A DNA stretch of 64,000 bases from Candidatus Latescibacterota bacterium (lineage in GTDB: Bacteria; Latescibacterota; UBA2968). The stretch spans positions 4,864,001-4,928,000 of the forward strand of contig OZ220741.1 of assembly GCA_965116885.1 (NCBI GenBank), given 5' to 3'. A model generated the notes under the pieces. That model was given only the letters and a program-made list of their open reading frames with translations. It was not told the origin of the DNA and ran no database searches. Positions 1 through 12,200 of this stretch are shown piece after piece. Position 1 is the first letter of the stretch; every line of letters starts with the position of its first letter. The translations under genes and the position numbers were made by a program.

Positions 1-1682
1 GGCACAACTTTGCCATTGTGCTCCGCGGGCTTGAACTGAGACTGAGATATCGCATCTATCGCCGCTTGACGAAAGATCTCTGGCCCTTCCAAAACCTTCA
101 CATCGCTCACCGAGCCATCCACATTAACCAGCAACTTCAAAGACACTTTACCTTCTATCCTCTCCTTTCGCGCCTTTTCGGGATATACAGGTGTAGTAAG
201 ATCTAAGGGATGAGGCTTTACTTCGACCTCTTTATGTTCGAAAATCTCACTACTATCAGCATCCACAGAGTTGGATGGCGAGGTCTGTTGCTCTGTGGAA
301 TCTAATGCAAATTTGATTTGCTGCTTATCGCGAGTACCTGAATCCCTATCCCCTCTACCTGAAAAAGTCACACTCATGGACACTTTGCCATTGTGTTGCC
401 CCGGCTTGAACCGCCATTGAGATACCGAATCTATAACTGTTTGGTGAAATATCTCTGGTCCCTTCAAAATGCTCACATCGCTTACGGAACCATCTAAATC
501 AACCATAAACGTAAAAATCACTTTAAATTTCTCTCTCTCCTTAACCGCCTTCTCATTCAGAGCCATAAGCTGCTTCAAAAAAGATTTTGTTTCGACCCCC
601 TCCAACAAAAATCTTCTACTATCAACATCAACAGACGCAGGTGGCGTGATTGGTTGCTCTGGTGTGGGTTCAGGCTTTCTCTCACCCGCGGCTAATCCCA
701 TAACCTCATGATCACCTTCATCCTGCGTATATGCCTCTCGAATTGAAAAAGGCACAATCGCCAGACCAATGAGAATGGGAATTGCCAACTGCCATCTGGA
801 CCGTTTCACATTGTCATCCTTGAAATTAAGGACATACTCCAATCGTTTCTTAAGCGCAGTCCCACGCTCGTTAAAATACAGCGCACTCAGTGCAGGATGT
901 CTATCGACAAAACCGAACAACAGCCGCCCGTATTCAGCAGGCGTCAGATTCGTCTCGCGCAACACGGCCTCGTCACAGCGCAACTCGCGCAAAAAAGTCA
1001 GCCTTCGGTTCAGCAGCCAGACCAACGGATTTATGCAAAACAGCGCCATTGCAATCGCCTGAAAAATCAGCACCCAGATATCGCGATTATCCCGATGCGC
1101 CAACTCGTGCGCAACAACGCCGCGCAACTCCTCGGGCGACCAGGACGACCAATGCGACGGCAAATACAGTTTCGGTTTTACAATACCCACCAGAAGCGGA
1201 GAACGCAGACTGGCTTTGGCATAAACCTTTATATTCCGTACCTTATCCAGCGATTCCGCCTCTCTCGCCAGATCAACCGGCACTGCCAAATGGAGCGCGC
1301 GGTGAAACGCCGCATTCTTCCACAACGTCACACTTGCCCATACCAGAACCGAAACACCCCACAGACAAAACAGATAGAACGCCAGCGGGAGCGGTGCAAC
1401 TTGCACAGGTGCAACAACCCCAACCTCAGAAACCACATCGGTATAAACCGGTCCAATCGGGACATCGTCGGATACCGTCAAAAACTCGGGTAGCGGAATG
1501 GCATAAAAAGGCGGCACAAACACCTTCGCCAATGCCAGCAAATAGAGGACATACCGCAATCGCGTATCCAGCGTCATCCAGCGATCCACTGACCACACCA
1601 GCAAAATAAATAGCGACACCTCGACAAAATGCACCGCATAAAGCGGCCACCACGCCTCGGCCAAATAGATCAACGCATCCAT
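1..1682 (-). CDS. BlaR1/M56 family metallopeptidase fused to at least two TonB C-terminal domains (runs off window start; missing from ORF track)
   Basis: Read manually from ATG at 1682 (overlaps the blaI stop, TAATG): MDALIYLAEAWWPLYAVHF..., hydrophobic N-terminus, HExxH motif VVAHELAHRD, then TonB_C-like segments (PVYPEKARKERIEGKVSLKLLVNVDGSVSDVKVLEGPEIFRQAAIDAISQSQFKPAEHNGK). Confidence 0.85.
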   Translation of the reverse strand, partial: MDALIYLAEAWWPLYAVHFVEVSLFILLVWSVDRWMTLDTRLRYVLYLLALAKVFVPPFYAIPLPEFLTVSDDVPIGPVYTDVVSEVGVVAPVQVAPLPLAFYLFCLWGVSVLVWASVTLWKNAAFHRALHLAVPVDLAREAESLDKVRNIKVYAKASLRSPLLVGIVKPKLYLPSHWSSWSPEELRGVVAHELAHRDNRDIWVLIFQAIAMALFCINPLVWLLNRRLTFLRELRCDEAVLRETNLTPAEYGRLLFGFVDRHPALSALYFNERGTALKKRLEYVLNFKDDNVKRSRWQLAIPILIGLAIVPFSIREAYTQDEGDHEVMGLAAGERKPEPTPEQPITPPASVDVDSRRFLLEGVETKSFLKQLMALNEKAVKEREKFKVIFTFMVDLDGSVSDVSILKGPEIFHQTVIDSVSQWRFKPGQHNGKVSMSVTFSGRGDRDSGTRDKQQIKFALDSTEQQTSPSNSVDADSSEIFEHKEVEVKPHPLDLTTPVYPEKARKERIEGKVSLKLLVNVDGSVSDVKVLEGPEIFRQAAIDAISQSQFKPAEHNGKVV

Positions 1683-2068
1683 TACGCGCCTCCTTTCTCC
1701 CTCGCCTCAATCAGCGCGCGCAACTCATCCAGCTCTTTCCGAGAAAGCTCACCTGAATCCACGAGATATGCTGCCAGTGCCCCAAAAGAACCCTCGAACA
1801 TGCGAGATACCAGCGTGCGCGTCTCGACCTGCGCCACATCTTCTCGGGATAGAGCCGGCGTGTACACATTCACCGGACCGATCTTCTGCCGATTGAGCAC
1901 ACCCTTTTCAAACAGAATATTCATAATCGTCTGCACAGTCGTATAAGCCTTCTCGCCATTGGGGTACAGGTAATCGACAACATCGCGCACCGTAACCTGA
2001 CGGTCGAGATGCCATATGCCATCCATCACTTCCCACTCGGCCTCAGATAGCCGTTTCTTTGCAGCCAT
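1682..2068 (-). CDS. BlaI/MecI/CopY family transcriptional repressor
   Basis: LSEAEWEVMDGIW, AYTTVQTIMNILFEKGVLNR and FEGSFGALAAYLVDSGELSRKELDEL are typical BlaI motifs; GGAGG RBS. Confidence 0.95.
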   Translation of the reverse strand: MAAKKRLSEAEWEVMDGIWHLDRQVTVRDVVDYLYPNGEKAYTTVQTIMNILFEKGVLNRQKIGPVNVYTPALSREDVAQVETRTLVSRMFEGSFGALAAYLVDSGELSRKELDELRALIEAREKGGA

Positions 2069-2084
2069 AAGACCCTCCTTGAAA

Positions 2085-2132
2085 ATATTACTAATTTTTT
2101 AGTAATATGATGAATCAATTAGTAGAAGTCAA
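2085..2132 (-). promoter_or_regulatory. sigma70-type promoter of blaI with overlapping palindromic operator
   Basis: TTGACT at 2127-2132 (minus strand); perfect inverted repeat ATATTACTAA-TTTT-TTAGTAATAT at 2085-2108 overlapping the -10/+1 region. Confidence 0.75.
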
Positions 2133-2154
2133 GCAAAAATCTCATTTTATAAAC

Positions 2155-2193
2155 AAAAAAGAGCGGCAGGTTGCAAAAACCCACCGCTCTTTT
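2155..2193 (-). terminator. Rho-independent terminator ending the ECF/TPR/mini-RNAP unit
   Basis: Stem AAAAGAGCGG/CCGCTCTTTT followed by a T-run on the minus strand, about 20 nt after the stop at 2214. Confidence 0.8.
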
Positions 2194-2213
2194 GCGCTTC
2201 CAAGCTTCCTTTT

Positions 2214-5426
<3,213 letters not shown>

Positions 5427-5465
5427 TCAGAGAACTGTATCGCTCTTCTGCCTGGTGTCATTTTT

Positions 5466-6611
5466 CTATGGCCTTTTTATCGCTGCACAAAACTCGGGAT
5501 CATCGGCTATATCGCTAAATTCAGGTGCTTTACTTATACGATATTGTCCAAAGCGCGAAAAAAAGACACCTCTTTTGAGAAGCGACAGAATTTTGTCCCG
5601 GTCTCTCTCTGTCGCCCAAATCGATGCCGCGAGCCACAAGTAGGAATACTCTGACCGAATACCAAGCTCAATGGCGCGTTGGAAAAGCGGGATGGCCAAG
5701 TCGTATTGTTTGGCGCGATAAATTGGTGTAGCGGCATTGTGATACAGACCCCACAGCACTCGACATTTTTCTTTTGTCAAATTGTCCCGCACTTCAAATT
5801 GCTCTTCTAAACGAGAGGTCGTAGATTTTGCAATTTGCCTCACCTGCGATATTTCGTTCATCCTGCCATAAGCATCCATCTCAACACACCTCGCATCTCC
5901 CCACGTCTCAAATGCCTCTGACCAATCGGGATCCTCACGACTAATTTGATCCAGATTATCCACTTCCAATAGTACTTCTTGTAACTTTTGACACCAACCC
6001 AATACTATTATTGCGGAGCGCACATAATAACGCCTCATGAATCTGTTTCGCGATGTGGGCGCAATATCTTTCATAAGATTGTGATAAATTTCCAACCATG
6101 CATCGCTTTGACCGATCTTAAACCAGCATTGAGCCTGTGTGCCATCGGACATAATCTCAAATAAAAGTCCTTCATCAGCTGGAACATCCTCCCGTTTCGT
6201 TCGCCAGGGTAAAAAATCCCACAGCCAATCTGTGGAAATCAACCATTCGGGTTGAGGCAAAACCCGCATTGCCCAGTGCAAATAGGATTTTTGACTTTCT
6301 ACAGCTTTTTTATTTTTGCCCAACATTGCCAAATTATCAGTCAAATGCCACCTTGCCCAGGCTTCTTCCTGTATAGACAAGGGGCGCAGCAAGTATTTTT
6401 CCAACAGTTTAACAATCTCTGTTTTATCGCCTAACCAGTAAAGCAGTTCCTTCCCTCGATGCACCATTTCCGAATCCCAAGATGCTTGTTCAATCTGATC
6501 GTAGAGCACAGATTTGCCTTTCTCCAACATTGAGCGATCTGTCTGTCTCGCATCCTGTACATATTGATGGCGATAGGTTTCAACGATCTCTACAATGGAC
6601 GGTGCGGACAT
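5466..6611 (-). CDS. Hypothetical alpha-helical protein with C-terminal TPR-like repeats
   Basis: 381-aa ORF with AGGAGG RBS; YRAKQYDLAIPLFQRAIELG is TPR-like; ends in the F..I.DDPEF cap common to TPR proteins. Confidence 0.75.
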   Translation of the reverse strand: MSAPSIVEIVETYRHQYVQDARQTDRSMLEKGKSVLYDQIEQASWDSEMVHRGKELLYWLGDKTEIVKLLEKYLLRPLSIQEEAWARWHLTDNLAMLGKNKKAVESQKSYLHWAMRVLPQPEWLISTDWLWDFLPWRTKREDVPADEGLLFEIMSDGTQAQCWFKIGQSDAWLEIYHNLMKDIAPTSRNRFMRRYYVRSAIIVLGWCQKLQEVLLEVDNLDQISREDPDWSEAFETWGDARCVEMDAYGRMNEISQVRQIAKSTTSRLEEQFEVRDNLTKEKCRVLWGLYHNAATPIYRAKQYDLAIPLFQRAIELGIRSEYSYLWLAASIWATERDRDKILSLLKRGVFFSRFGQYRISKAPEFSDIADDPEFCAAIKRP

Positions 6612-6642
6612 TATACCTCCTTTGGTGAACTGCTACTGATGT

Positions 6643-7236
6643 TTACCCCCTCCCATACCTCCGCCCCCATGCCTCTGCGAGTTGCTTGCGCGCGTGGAAC
6701 AGCCGCGACTTCACCGTACCTTCTGGAATCGCCAGCCGTTCGGCAACTTCTCGAAGCGCCACCTCATCTTCGTACACCATCTGAAATATCTCGCGTTTTT
6801 CCTCTGGCAACGCATCGATCAACGCCTGCAAAATGCGCCGTTGTTCAGCGCGTTCCAACTGCACATCGGGTCCCAGCGCAGCCCGATCGATCATCCACCC
6901 TGGAACGGGTTGTTCTTCGTCCTCCTCATCGTAAAGCGAAGGCATTTCCAGAGGCTGTTCGCGACGGCGACTTTGGCTTCGCAATTGATTCAGCGACAAA
7001 TTTCTCGCAATCCGAAACAGCCATCCCCGAAAAGACCCTTGCCCCGACCATTGATCGGCCCGATTCCAAACTCTGAGAAAAACCTCCTGTGTCAAATCAT
7101 CTGCAGCGACCGGATCCCGCGTTATCCAACGCAGACTCTCGGCCACCTGTGCCTGGTAGCGCGCAAACAGAATCGCAAAAGCCTCTTGATCCCGCGCCAC
7201 AATTCGCTGCATCAAAATCGCGTCCGATGGTGTCAA
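6643..7236 (-). CDS. ECF-type RNA polymerase sigma factor (sigma70 group 4)
   Basis: ADDLTQEVFLRVW and FRGWLFRIARN (region 2); LREVAERLAIPEGTVKSRLFHARKQL (region 4); probable TTG start at 7236 after AGGAGG. Confidence 0.95.
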   Translation of the reverse strand: MTPSDAILMQRIVARDQEAFAILFARYQAQVAESLRWITRDPVAADDLTQEVFLRVWNRADQWSGQGSFRGWLFRIARNLSLNQLRSQSRRREQPLEMPSLYDEEDEEQPVPGWMIDRAALGPDVQLERAEQRRILQALIDALPEEKREIFQMVYEDEVALREVAERLAIPEGTVKSRLFHARKQLAEAWGRRYGRG

Positions 7237-7256
7237 AAAATATCCTCCTGTGGGAA

Positions 7257-7284
7257 TCGACACCGCCCAATGCCCGAAGGTTCA
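7257..7284 (-). promoter_or_regulatory. Putative ECF-dependent autoregulatory promoter
   Basis: TGAACC (7279-7284), 17-nt spacer, GTCGA (7257-7261), directly upstream of the sigma RBS; fits the generic ECF AAC/GTC pattern. Confidence 0.7.
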
Positions 7285-7367
7285 AAAAAAGTGTGATCCG
7301 CAGATGAATGCAGATGAAAAAGGTGTGAAGGACCTGATCTCCGCCAGCGGTGCGTCCACCCAGATAT

Positions 7368-7397
7368 AAAAAAGCGCAGTCCTGTGAGACTGCGCTT
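7368..7397 (-). terminator. Rho-independent terminator
   Basis: AAGCGCAGTC-loop-GACTGCGCTT followed by a T-run on the minus strand, downstream of the stop at 7430. Confidence 0.85.
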
Positions 7398-7429
7398 CAA
7401 TCTTCCTATTCAGATATGCCTCGTGCCTC

Positions 7430-8377
7430 TCACCCCTCGCCTTCAGGCTGATCTGGCAACAAAAAGACCCCCTTGAAAGGACTGAAAGACACTTCTTCTA
7501 AAAATTCGACTTCCGCCTCAAATTCGCGTCGAATCACCATGCGGTCTTCCATATCTTCAACACTGGTCTCAAGCTGTCGATCCATCAACTCAAACACCTT
7601 GGCGCGCACCTCCTCCCTCATCTTCCCTTCTTCAAAACACCTCTGGCGAAACGCCTCAATCTGCATATCCGATGGCAAAAGCGATTCCATATCTAATGCC
7701 AGTGCCAGAATGAGATTCCGCAGCAACCCGTCATACGTGCGCGCTTCAACAGCTATTTCTACCTCGGTCAGCGCAGCCCTGGGAATAGACCGCAAAAACG
7801 CAAGCCGCCTGAGCGCAACCTGATAAGCCGCGTAATCGCGCTTTGGATCGACCAACTGGGATTCATCTTCCTCGTCATCGGGGGGACGCATCCACGTCTC
7901 TGGCACCGCATTTGCCCAGCGAGATACTGCCTGGTATTCCGACTGCAAAAATTTCACTTCGGGACGCAGCAACATCGCCCGACACATCTGCGCCATTTCT
8001 TGCAATCGAAAAAATGCGATTTCATACCCGCGCTTTCGGCACGCTTCAAAATTTCCTTCCGCAATAATTTCCACAGCCCGATTTAAATCGCTTTCCGCTC
8101 GCGCCTCCAAACCGAGATCCATAGCAATCAGTGCCTGCCGCACCCCGTGTTCCAAATTCTCACGCCTGATTGCAATACCCGACCGGTAACGCTTGCCATA
8201 GTGCAAACCCTGCAAGCGCAAAAAGCCCAAAAGCGCATCCCCAATATTTGGCGGCAACTTTTCAAAGCGCGTCCCCAATTCAATGGCCTGTCCCACAAAA
8301 CTCTCGGAATCAATGCGAAACCGACTCAAATCCAGCGTAGCGAGTGGATTTTGTGTAGAACGCCCTTCACTATTCAT
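7430..8377 (-). CDS. Hypothetical helical protein, possibly DUF6178/DUF6179-like
   Basis: 315-aa ORF overlapping the upstream stop; the MDLGLE..DLNRAVEII..RKRGY segment resembles that family from memory. Confidence 0.6.
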   Translation of the reverse strand: MNSEGRSTQNPLATLDLSRFRIDSESFVGQAIELGTRFEKLPPNIGDALLGFLRLQGLHYGKRYRSGIAIRRENLEHGVRQALIAMDLGLEARAESDLNRAVEIIAEGNFEACRKRGYEIAFFRLQEMAQMCRAMLLRPEVKFLQSEYQAVSRWANAVPETWMRPPDDEEDESQLVDPKRDYAAYQVALRRLAFLRSIPRAALTEVEIAVEARTYDGLLRNLILALALDMESLLPSDMQIEAFRQRCFEEGKMREEVRAKVFELMDRQLETSVEDMEDRMVIRREFEAEVEFLEEVSFSPFKGVFLLPDQPEGEG

Positions 8378-9305
8378 CGTTCCTCCTCTCCCACGCCCCG
8401 CGAATGACGGACCGCATCAAATCGGCATCCGCATCGAAAAGTGCATCCAGAACACCTCCGACAACGGGATCTTCTATTATCGTACTAGGCATTTCACCCA
8501 CAGCAGCGCCTTCGGAAAAGAGTTGGTGCCGGTAAACCGCCGCACCCGCAGAACCCACGACCTCATTCATCCGCATATCCTTCACATAAGGAATCAGGGC
8601 CTCTTCGAGCAACCCGGGATCCACACTGTTCAGCAATTCGGCACACTTATTCGCATCCCCCAGCATAGATAGTGCCCTGAGCCATTCAAACGATACTTTT
8701 GACCGGACCTCGGCACTGTCCATAGGCTCTAACGTGTCTTCCACGGTGCGTCGAAAAGTACCCGGCGTCATAGCGCGTATCAAATGCGCGTTAAAACCCT
8801 GTCGCTCCGGGTCATAATCAATCAGCCCCGTCAACATCTCTGTAGGCAAATGCGCCACCACATCTGTCGAATAGCCCGGATTGCCATCTTCATCCATACC
8901 CGTTATCGACAGCATATTCTCTGGATCTTCATCCAGAACAACGAGCGCGGCCTGCGCCTCAACTGTCATAGTCTGCACCAGTGCCCTGGCATCTTCTTTT
9001 TTTCCCTCGCGAAGCAGATCGCGTATCTGGCTGCTCTGCGCGGCCAATTCCATAAATCCAGTTGACCACGCACCGACGACCAATCGGTCTTCCTGAACCT
9101 CGATGGGTTTCACTTCGGGTTCTTCTACATCAACCGCGTCGCCCATCAAATGCGATTTGAGACGAATCTTCCCCCTTTCTACTTTGTCCTTACACGTCAC
9201 ACACAGGCGCGTATAGGGAACGACCTTGAGGCGTTCTTCTGAAATAACCGCCTCGCAAATGACACACCTCACCCCCGTCCCGCCATCGAGCGGCTGTTGT
9301 GCCAT
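8370..9305 (-). CDS. TraR/DksA C4-type zinc finger fused to an unknown acidic helical domain
   Basis: CVICEAVISEERLKVVPYTRLCVTCK matches the DksA C4 finger; ATG at 9305 after GGAGG. Confidence 0.8.
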   Translation of the reverse strand: MAQQPLDGGTGVRCVICEAVISEERLKVVPYTRLCVTCKDKVERGKIRLKSHLMGDAVDVEEPEVKPIEVQEDRLVVGAWSTGFMELAAQSSQIRDLLREGKKEDARALVQTMTVEAQAALVVLDEDPENMLSITGMDEDGNPGYSTDVVAHLPTEMLTGLIDYDPERQGFNAHLIRAMTPGTFRRTVEDTLEPMDSAEVRSKVSFEWLRALSMLGDANKCAELLNSVDPGLLEEALIPYVKDMRMNEVVGSAGAAVYRHQLFSEGAAVGEMPSTIIEDPVVGGVLDALFDADADLMRSVIRGAWERRNDE

Positions 9306-9596
9306 ATCGCCCTCCATTGGGGTTTTGAAAACCCTCCGCACACATTGCGGAGACGACAGAATTATAGCGGAGATAAATGTAATCGAATAAACTCGGAATG
9401 TCAACCTTTAACTTACTGTTTATCAAAGATTTACAAATTTGACAAACAAAGAGAAATTTGTTATATTTATACCGTCGCCGAAGAGATTGCATCTGATCCC
9501 TTCGGCGTTTTTTTAGTGAACCACAACAAACAAAGGCCCGATTCAACAATCCCGATCGAGCCTTTTTATTTTTTCACGGACACAGCATCCCGTTTC

Positions 9597-10451
9597 CTAT
9601 CGGAACAACAGACTGATATCCAGCGCCTTCACCGAATGCGTAAGTGCCCCCACTGAAATAAGATCCACGCCCGTTTCTGCAATTGCCCGAACGCTATCTA
9701 AGGACACATTGCCCGAGGCTTCCAACTCGGGTCTTTTGCCTTTTAATTTTTGCACCTTTTGCACGGCTTCGCGCATCTCATCCAGGCTCATATTGTCTAA
9801 CATCACGCGATCCGCGCCCAAAACGAGGACCTCATCGAGTTCTGATAGCGTTTCCACTTCCACCTCCACGGGCACTTCTCTGCCTTCAAAATCCATCCCT
9901 TTCCACACCGACAGCAGTGCCGGCCCAATACCGTCCGCTGCCTCAATGTGATTCTCCTTCATCAACACCATATCGAACAACCCCACCCGATGATTCATAC
10001 CACCGCCTGCAACAACGGCATATTTATCCAATAATCGCAATCCCGGCGCGGTCTTACGCGTATCCAGAATCCGCGCATTCGTTCCTTTTACGGCTTCTAC
10101 AAACTGTGCCGTCATCGTTGCAATCCCCGACATCCGCTGCAAAAAATTCAGCGCAACGCGCTCGCCTGTCAACAGCCCACGCGCGGGACCAGAAACCTCA
10201 GCCAAAACATCACCACTCGCAACGCGCTCGCCATCTTCAACCTGAGCCTCAAATACAATCGCTTCCTCTACCGCTCCAAATACCCATTGCACCACATCCA
10301 ATCCCGCAATCACGCCATCTGCCCTCGCAATAATTTTCGCCTTCGCCTGCTTTGCCAATGGCACAGTCCATTTTGTCGTAATATCCCCATCCCCCACATC
10401 TTCTATCAGTGCTCGCTCAATCACTGGCATGATATCTTTTTTATTTAACAT
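9597..10451 (-). CDS. nadC: Nicotinate-nucleotide pyrophosphorylase (quinolinate phosphoribosyltransferase)
   Basis: EDVGDGDIT, ERVALNFLQRMSGIAT, LDTRKTAPGLR, EVEVE, MLDNM, EASGN, ISVGALTHS. Confidence 0.97.
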   Translation of the reverse strand: MLNKKDIMPVIERALIEDVGDGDITTKWTVPLAKQAKAKIIARADGVIAGLDVVQWVFGAVEEAIVFEAQVEDGERVASGDVLAEVSGPARGLLTGERVALNFLQRMSGIATMTAQFVEAVKGTNARILDTRKTAPGLRLLDKYAVVAGGGMNHRVGLFDMVLMKENHIEAADGIGPALLSVWKGMDFEGREVPVEVEVETLSELDEVLVLGADRVMLDNMSLDEMREAVQKVQKLKGKRPELEASGNVSLDSVRAIAETGVDLISVGALTHSVKALDISLLFR

Positions 10452-10452
10452 C

Positions 10453-11034
10453 TCAAAAGTCCTCGGGTATATCAAACACCACCCCATCCCTCTTTTTATC
10501 GTAAAAAATGATTTTTATATCTATGGATTCGGCTAAATTTTGGGAGCGATAGGTGCTGGGCTTAATAGAATATGGTTCTTCTCCCACAAAACCATCTATA
10601 CCCTGAGATTCCTCATAAGGTTCTGCCAAACGATAATCGCAACCTTTCATCTCGGCCAGTCTTTTTAGAATCGCCTCCTGGAATCTGAGTCCAGTGAAGG
10701 TCTTGACAAGAACCAGATCCTCTACCCATGACCTCACCAAATCCCGATCTATTTTGGGAAACACCACGCTGAAGTTCTCTATCATTGCAATTATTTTATC
10801 TGTCGCATTATCTATCGCATCGGGATATTGTTCTTGATACCACATAACCCATTCTTCAAAAGTTTGCCCTGGAAATTCCTGAATCAGATCGCTCATTTGC
10901 CCAACAACTCTTGGTCGCGTACCCTGTGAATTTTGATTTGCGAGATTCATCAATTGAGTCGTGTATTTTGGAAAATCGCGGACAGGTGCGCTCACGTATT
11001 CCTGAATCTCAGCATTTTTCAATTTAATTTCCAT
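10453..11034 (-). CDS. MjaI-family restriction endonuclease
   Basis: FPKYTTQLMNLANQNSQGTRPRVVGQMSDLIQEF plus a PD-(D/E)xK-like GIDGF..YSIKP; adjacent to a DNA methyltransferase. Confidence 0.8.
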   Translation of the reverse strand: MEIKLKNAEIQEYVSAPVRDFPKYTTQLMNLANQNSQGTRPRVVGQMSDLIQEFPGQTFEEWVMWYQEQYPDAIDNATDKIIAMIENFSVVFPKIDRDLVRSWVEDLVLVKTFTGLRFQEAILKRLAEMKGCDYRLAEPYEESQGIDGFVGEEPYSIKPSTYRSQNLAESIDIKIIFYDKKRDGVVFDIPEDF

Positions 11035-11062
11035 CCATAATCCTTTGGATGATGTGGTATCA

Positions 11063-12193
11063 TTACCTATTTAACAGATCGAGTTGAGATTCACTTTTTT
11101 CCAGGGATTCTATGGTCATTTTGTTCCTGCTCTGGTCATATATACTCTGAGGTTTCTCAGAATACGTGACTTCAAAGATATTGTCATCAGACTCTCGCAC
11201 CTCCTTTAAGCCATTCAACAAAATGGACTGTTCCTGGCTCGTCACTACGGGGCACCCATAATACCTGTTCGTATATTTCAACGGCCCTGACGTCTGAATA
11301 CGATCTTCGACAAATTCAAAATGTCTCTTTAACCTATCGCGCAAATAATCATTTGAAAAATCGACAATCTGTCGCGCCATCGGGCAAATCGCACTTTGAA
11401 AACTTTTGTCAATTTCAACGCCAAAACTATTGCGCCCCGACGTCATCGCAGCAGCAACTGTGGTACCCGTACCCAAAAACGGGTCGAGAACCACATCGCC
11501 TTTCACAGAGTACATATTGATTAAGCGATAGACCAATTCATAGGGAAACGCGGCACTCCTCAAACGCGACAACTCATCCGAAAGCCTCTGTCCTGTACCC
11601 TTAATATCCATCCAAACATCCGAATACCAGATATTTCTCTCCTCCCAAAACAAAGCGCTCTCGCGCCTGTTCTGTTTTTCGCATTCCGTCTTAAATTCTC
11701 TTTTGGAACCCTTTCGCAAAATCAAAATATACTCGTGTTCCAGAGTCACATAAGCACCAGCGGGCAACATACCAGATCCCATAAATTTATTGGGCGCATT
11801 GGTTTGTTTTCGCCAGAGAATATCGGGAAGTGCTGAAAACCCGATATTTAAGAGATAATTCAATATCCTCGCGTGATTTGGATACAGACAAAAATCACCA
11901 TTTACTTTCCGCGTTGCATCGCCAATATTGATACAGGCAAATCGACCATCTTTTAAGACCCTGAATATCTCGTCCCATACAAAATCGAGAATCTCATGCA
12001 TCAACTCATGAGCCAGCTTGCCATCCCCGACCTTTAATGCCTTCTCGATCTCCACATTCTGGCTGCCAAATACATCATCCCACATGCCAATCATGGGATA
12101 CGGCGGTGATGTCACCACCAGATCGACACTCTCTGAAGGGATATCCTTTAAGCTCCGCGCATCCCAATAAAATATTTGATGGACTGTTTTCAT
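11063..12193 (-). CDS. Site-specific DNA methyltransferase (N4-C/N6-A, beta class)
   Basis: VVTSPPY catalytic motif precedes the VLDPFLGTGTT SAM-binding motif. Confidence 0.93.
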   Translation of the reverse strand: MKTVHQIFYWDARSLKDIPSESVDLVVTSPPYPMIGMWDDVFGSQNVEIEKALKVGDGKLAHELMHEILDFVWDEIFRVLKDGRFACINIGDATRKVNGDFCLYPNHARILNYLLNIGFSALPDILWRKQTNAPNKFMGSGMLPAGAYVTLEHEYILILRKGSKREFKTECEKQNRRESALFWEERNIWYSDVWMDIKGTGQRLSDELSRLRSAAFPYELVYRLINMYSVKGDVVLDPFLGTGTTVAAAMTSGRNSFGVEIDKSFQSAICPMARQIVDFSNDYLRDRLKRHFEFVEDRIQTSGPLKYTNRYYGCPVVTSQEQSILLNGLKEVRESDDNIFEVTYSEKPQSIYDQSRNKMTIESLEKSESQLDLLNR

Positions 12194-12200
12194 AGATCTT

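Noticed and set aside
890..1609. Plus-strand ORFs of 239 and 198 aa
   Set aside because: Antisense shadows of the BlaR1-TonB gene, which the ORF track missed because it runs off the window.
7298..7320. Short tandem GCAGATGAA repeat upstream of the ECF promoter
   Set aside because: Only two units; too short to call a repeat element or operator.
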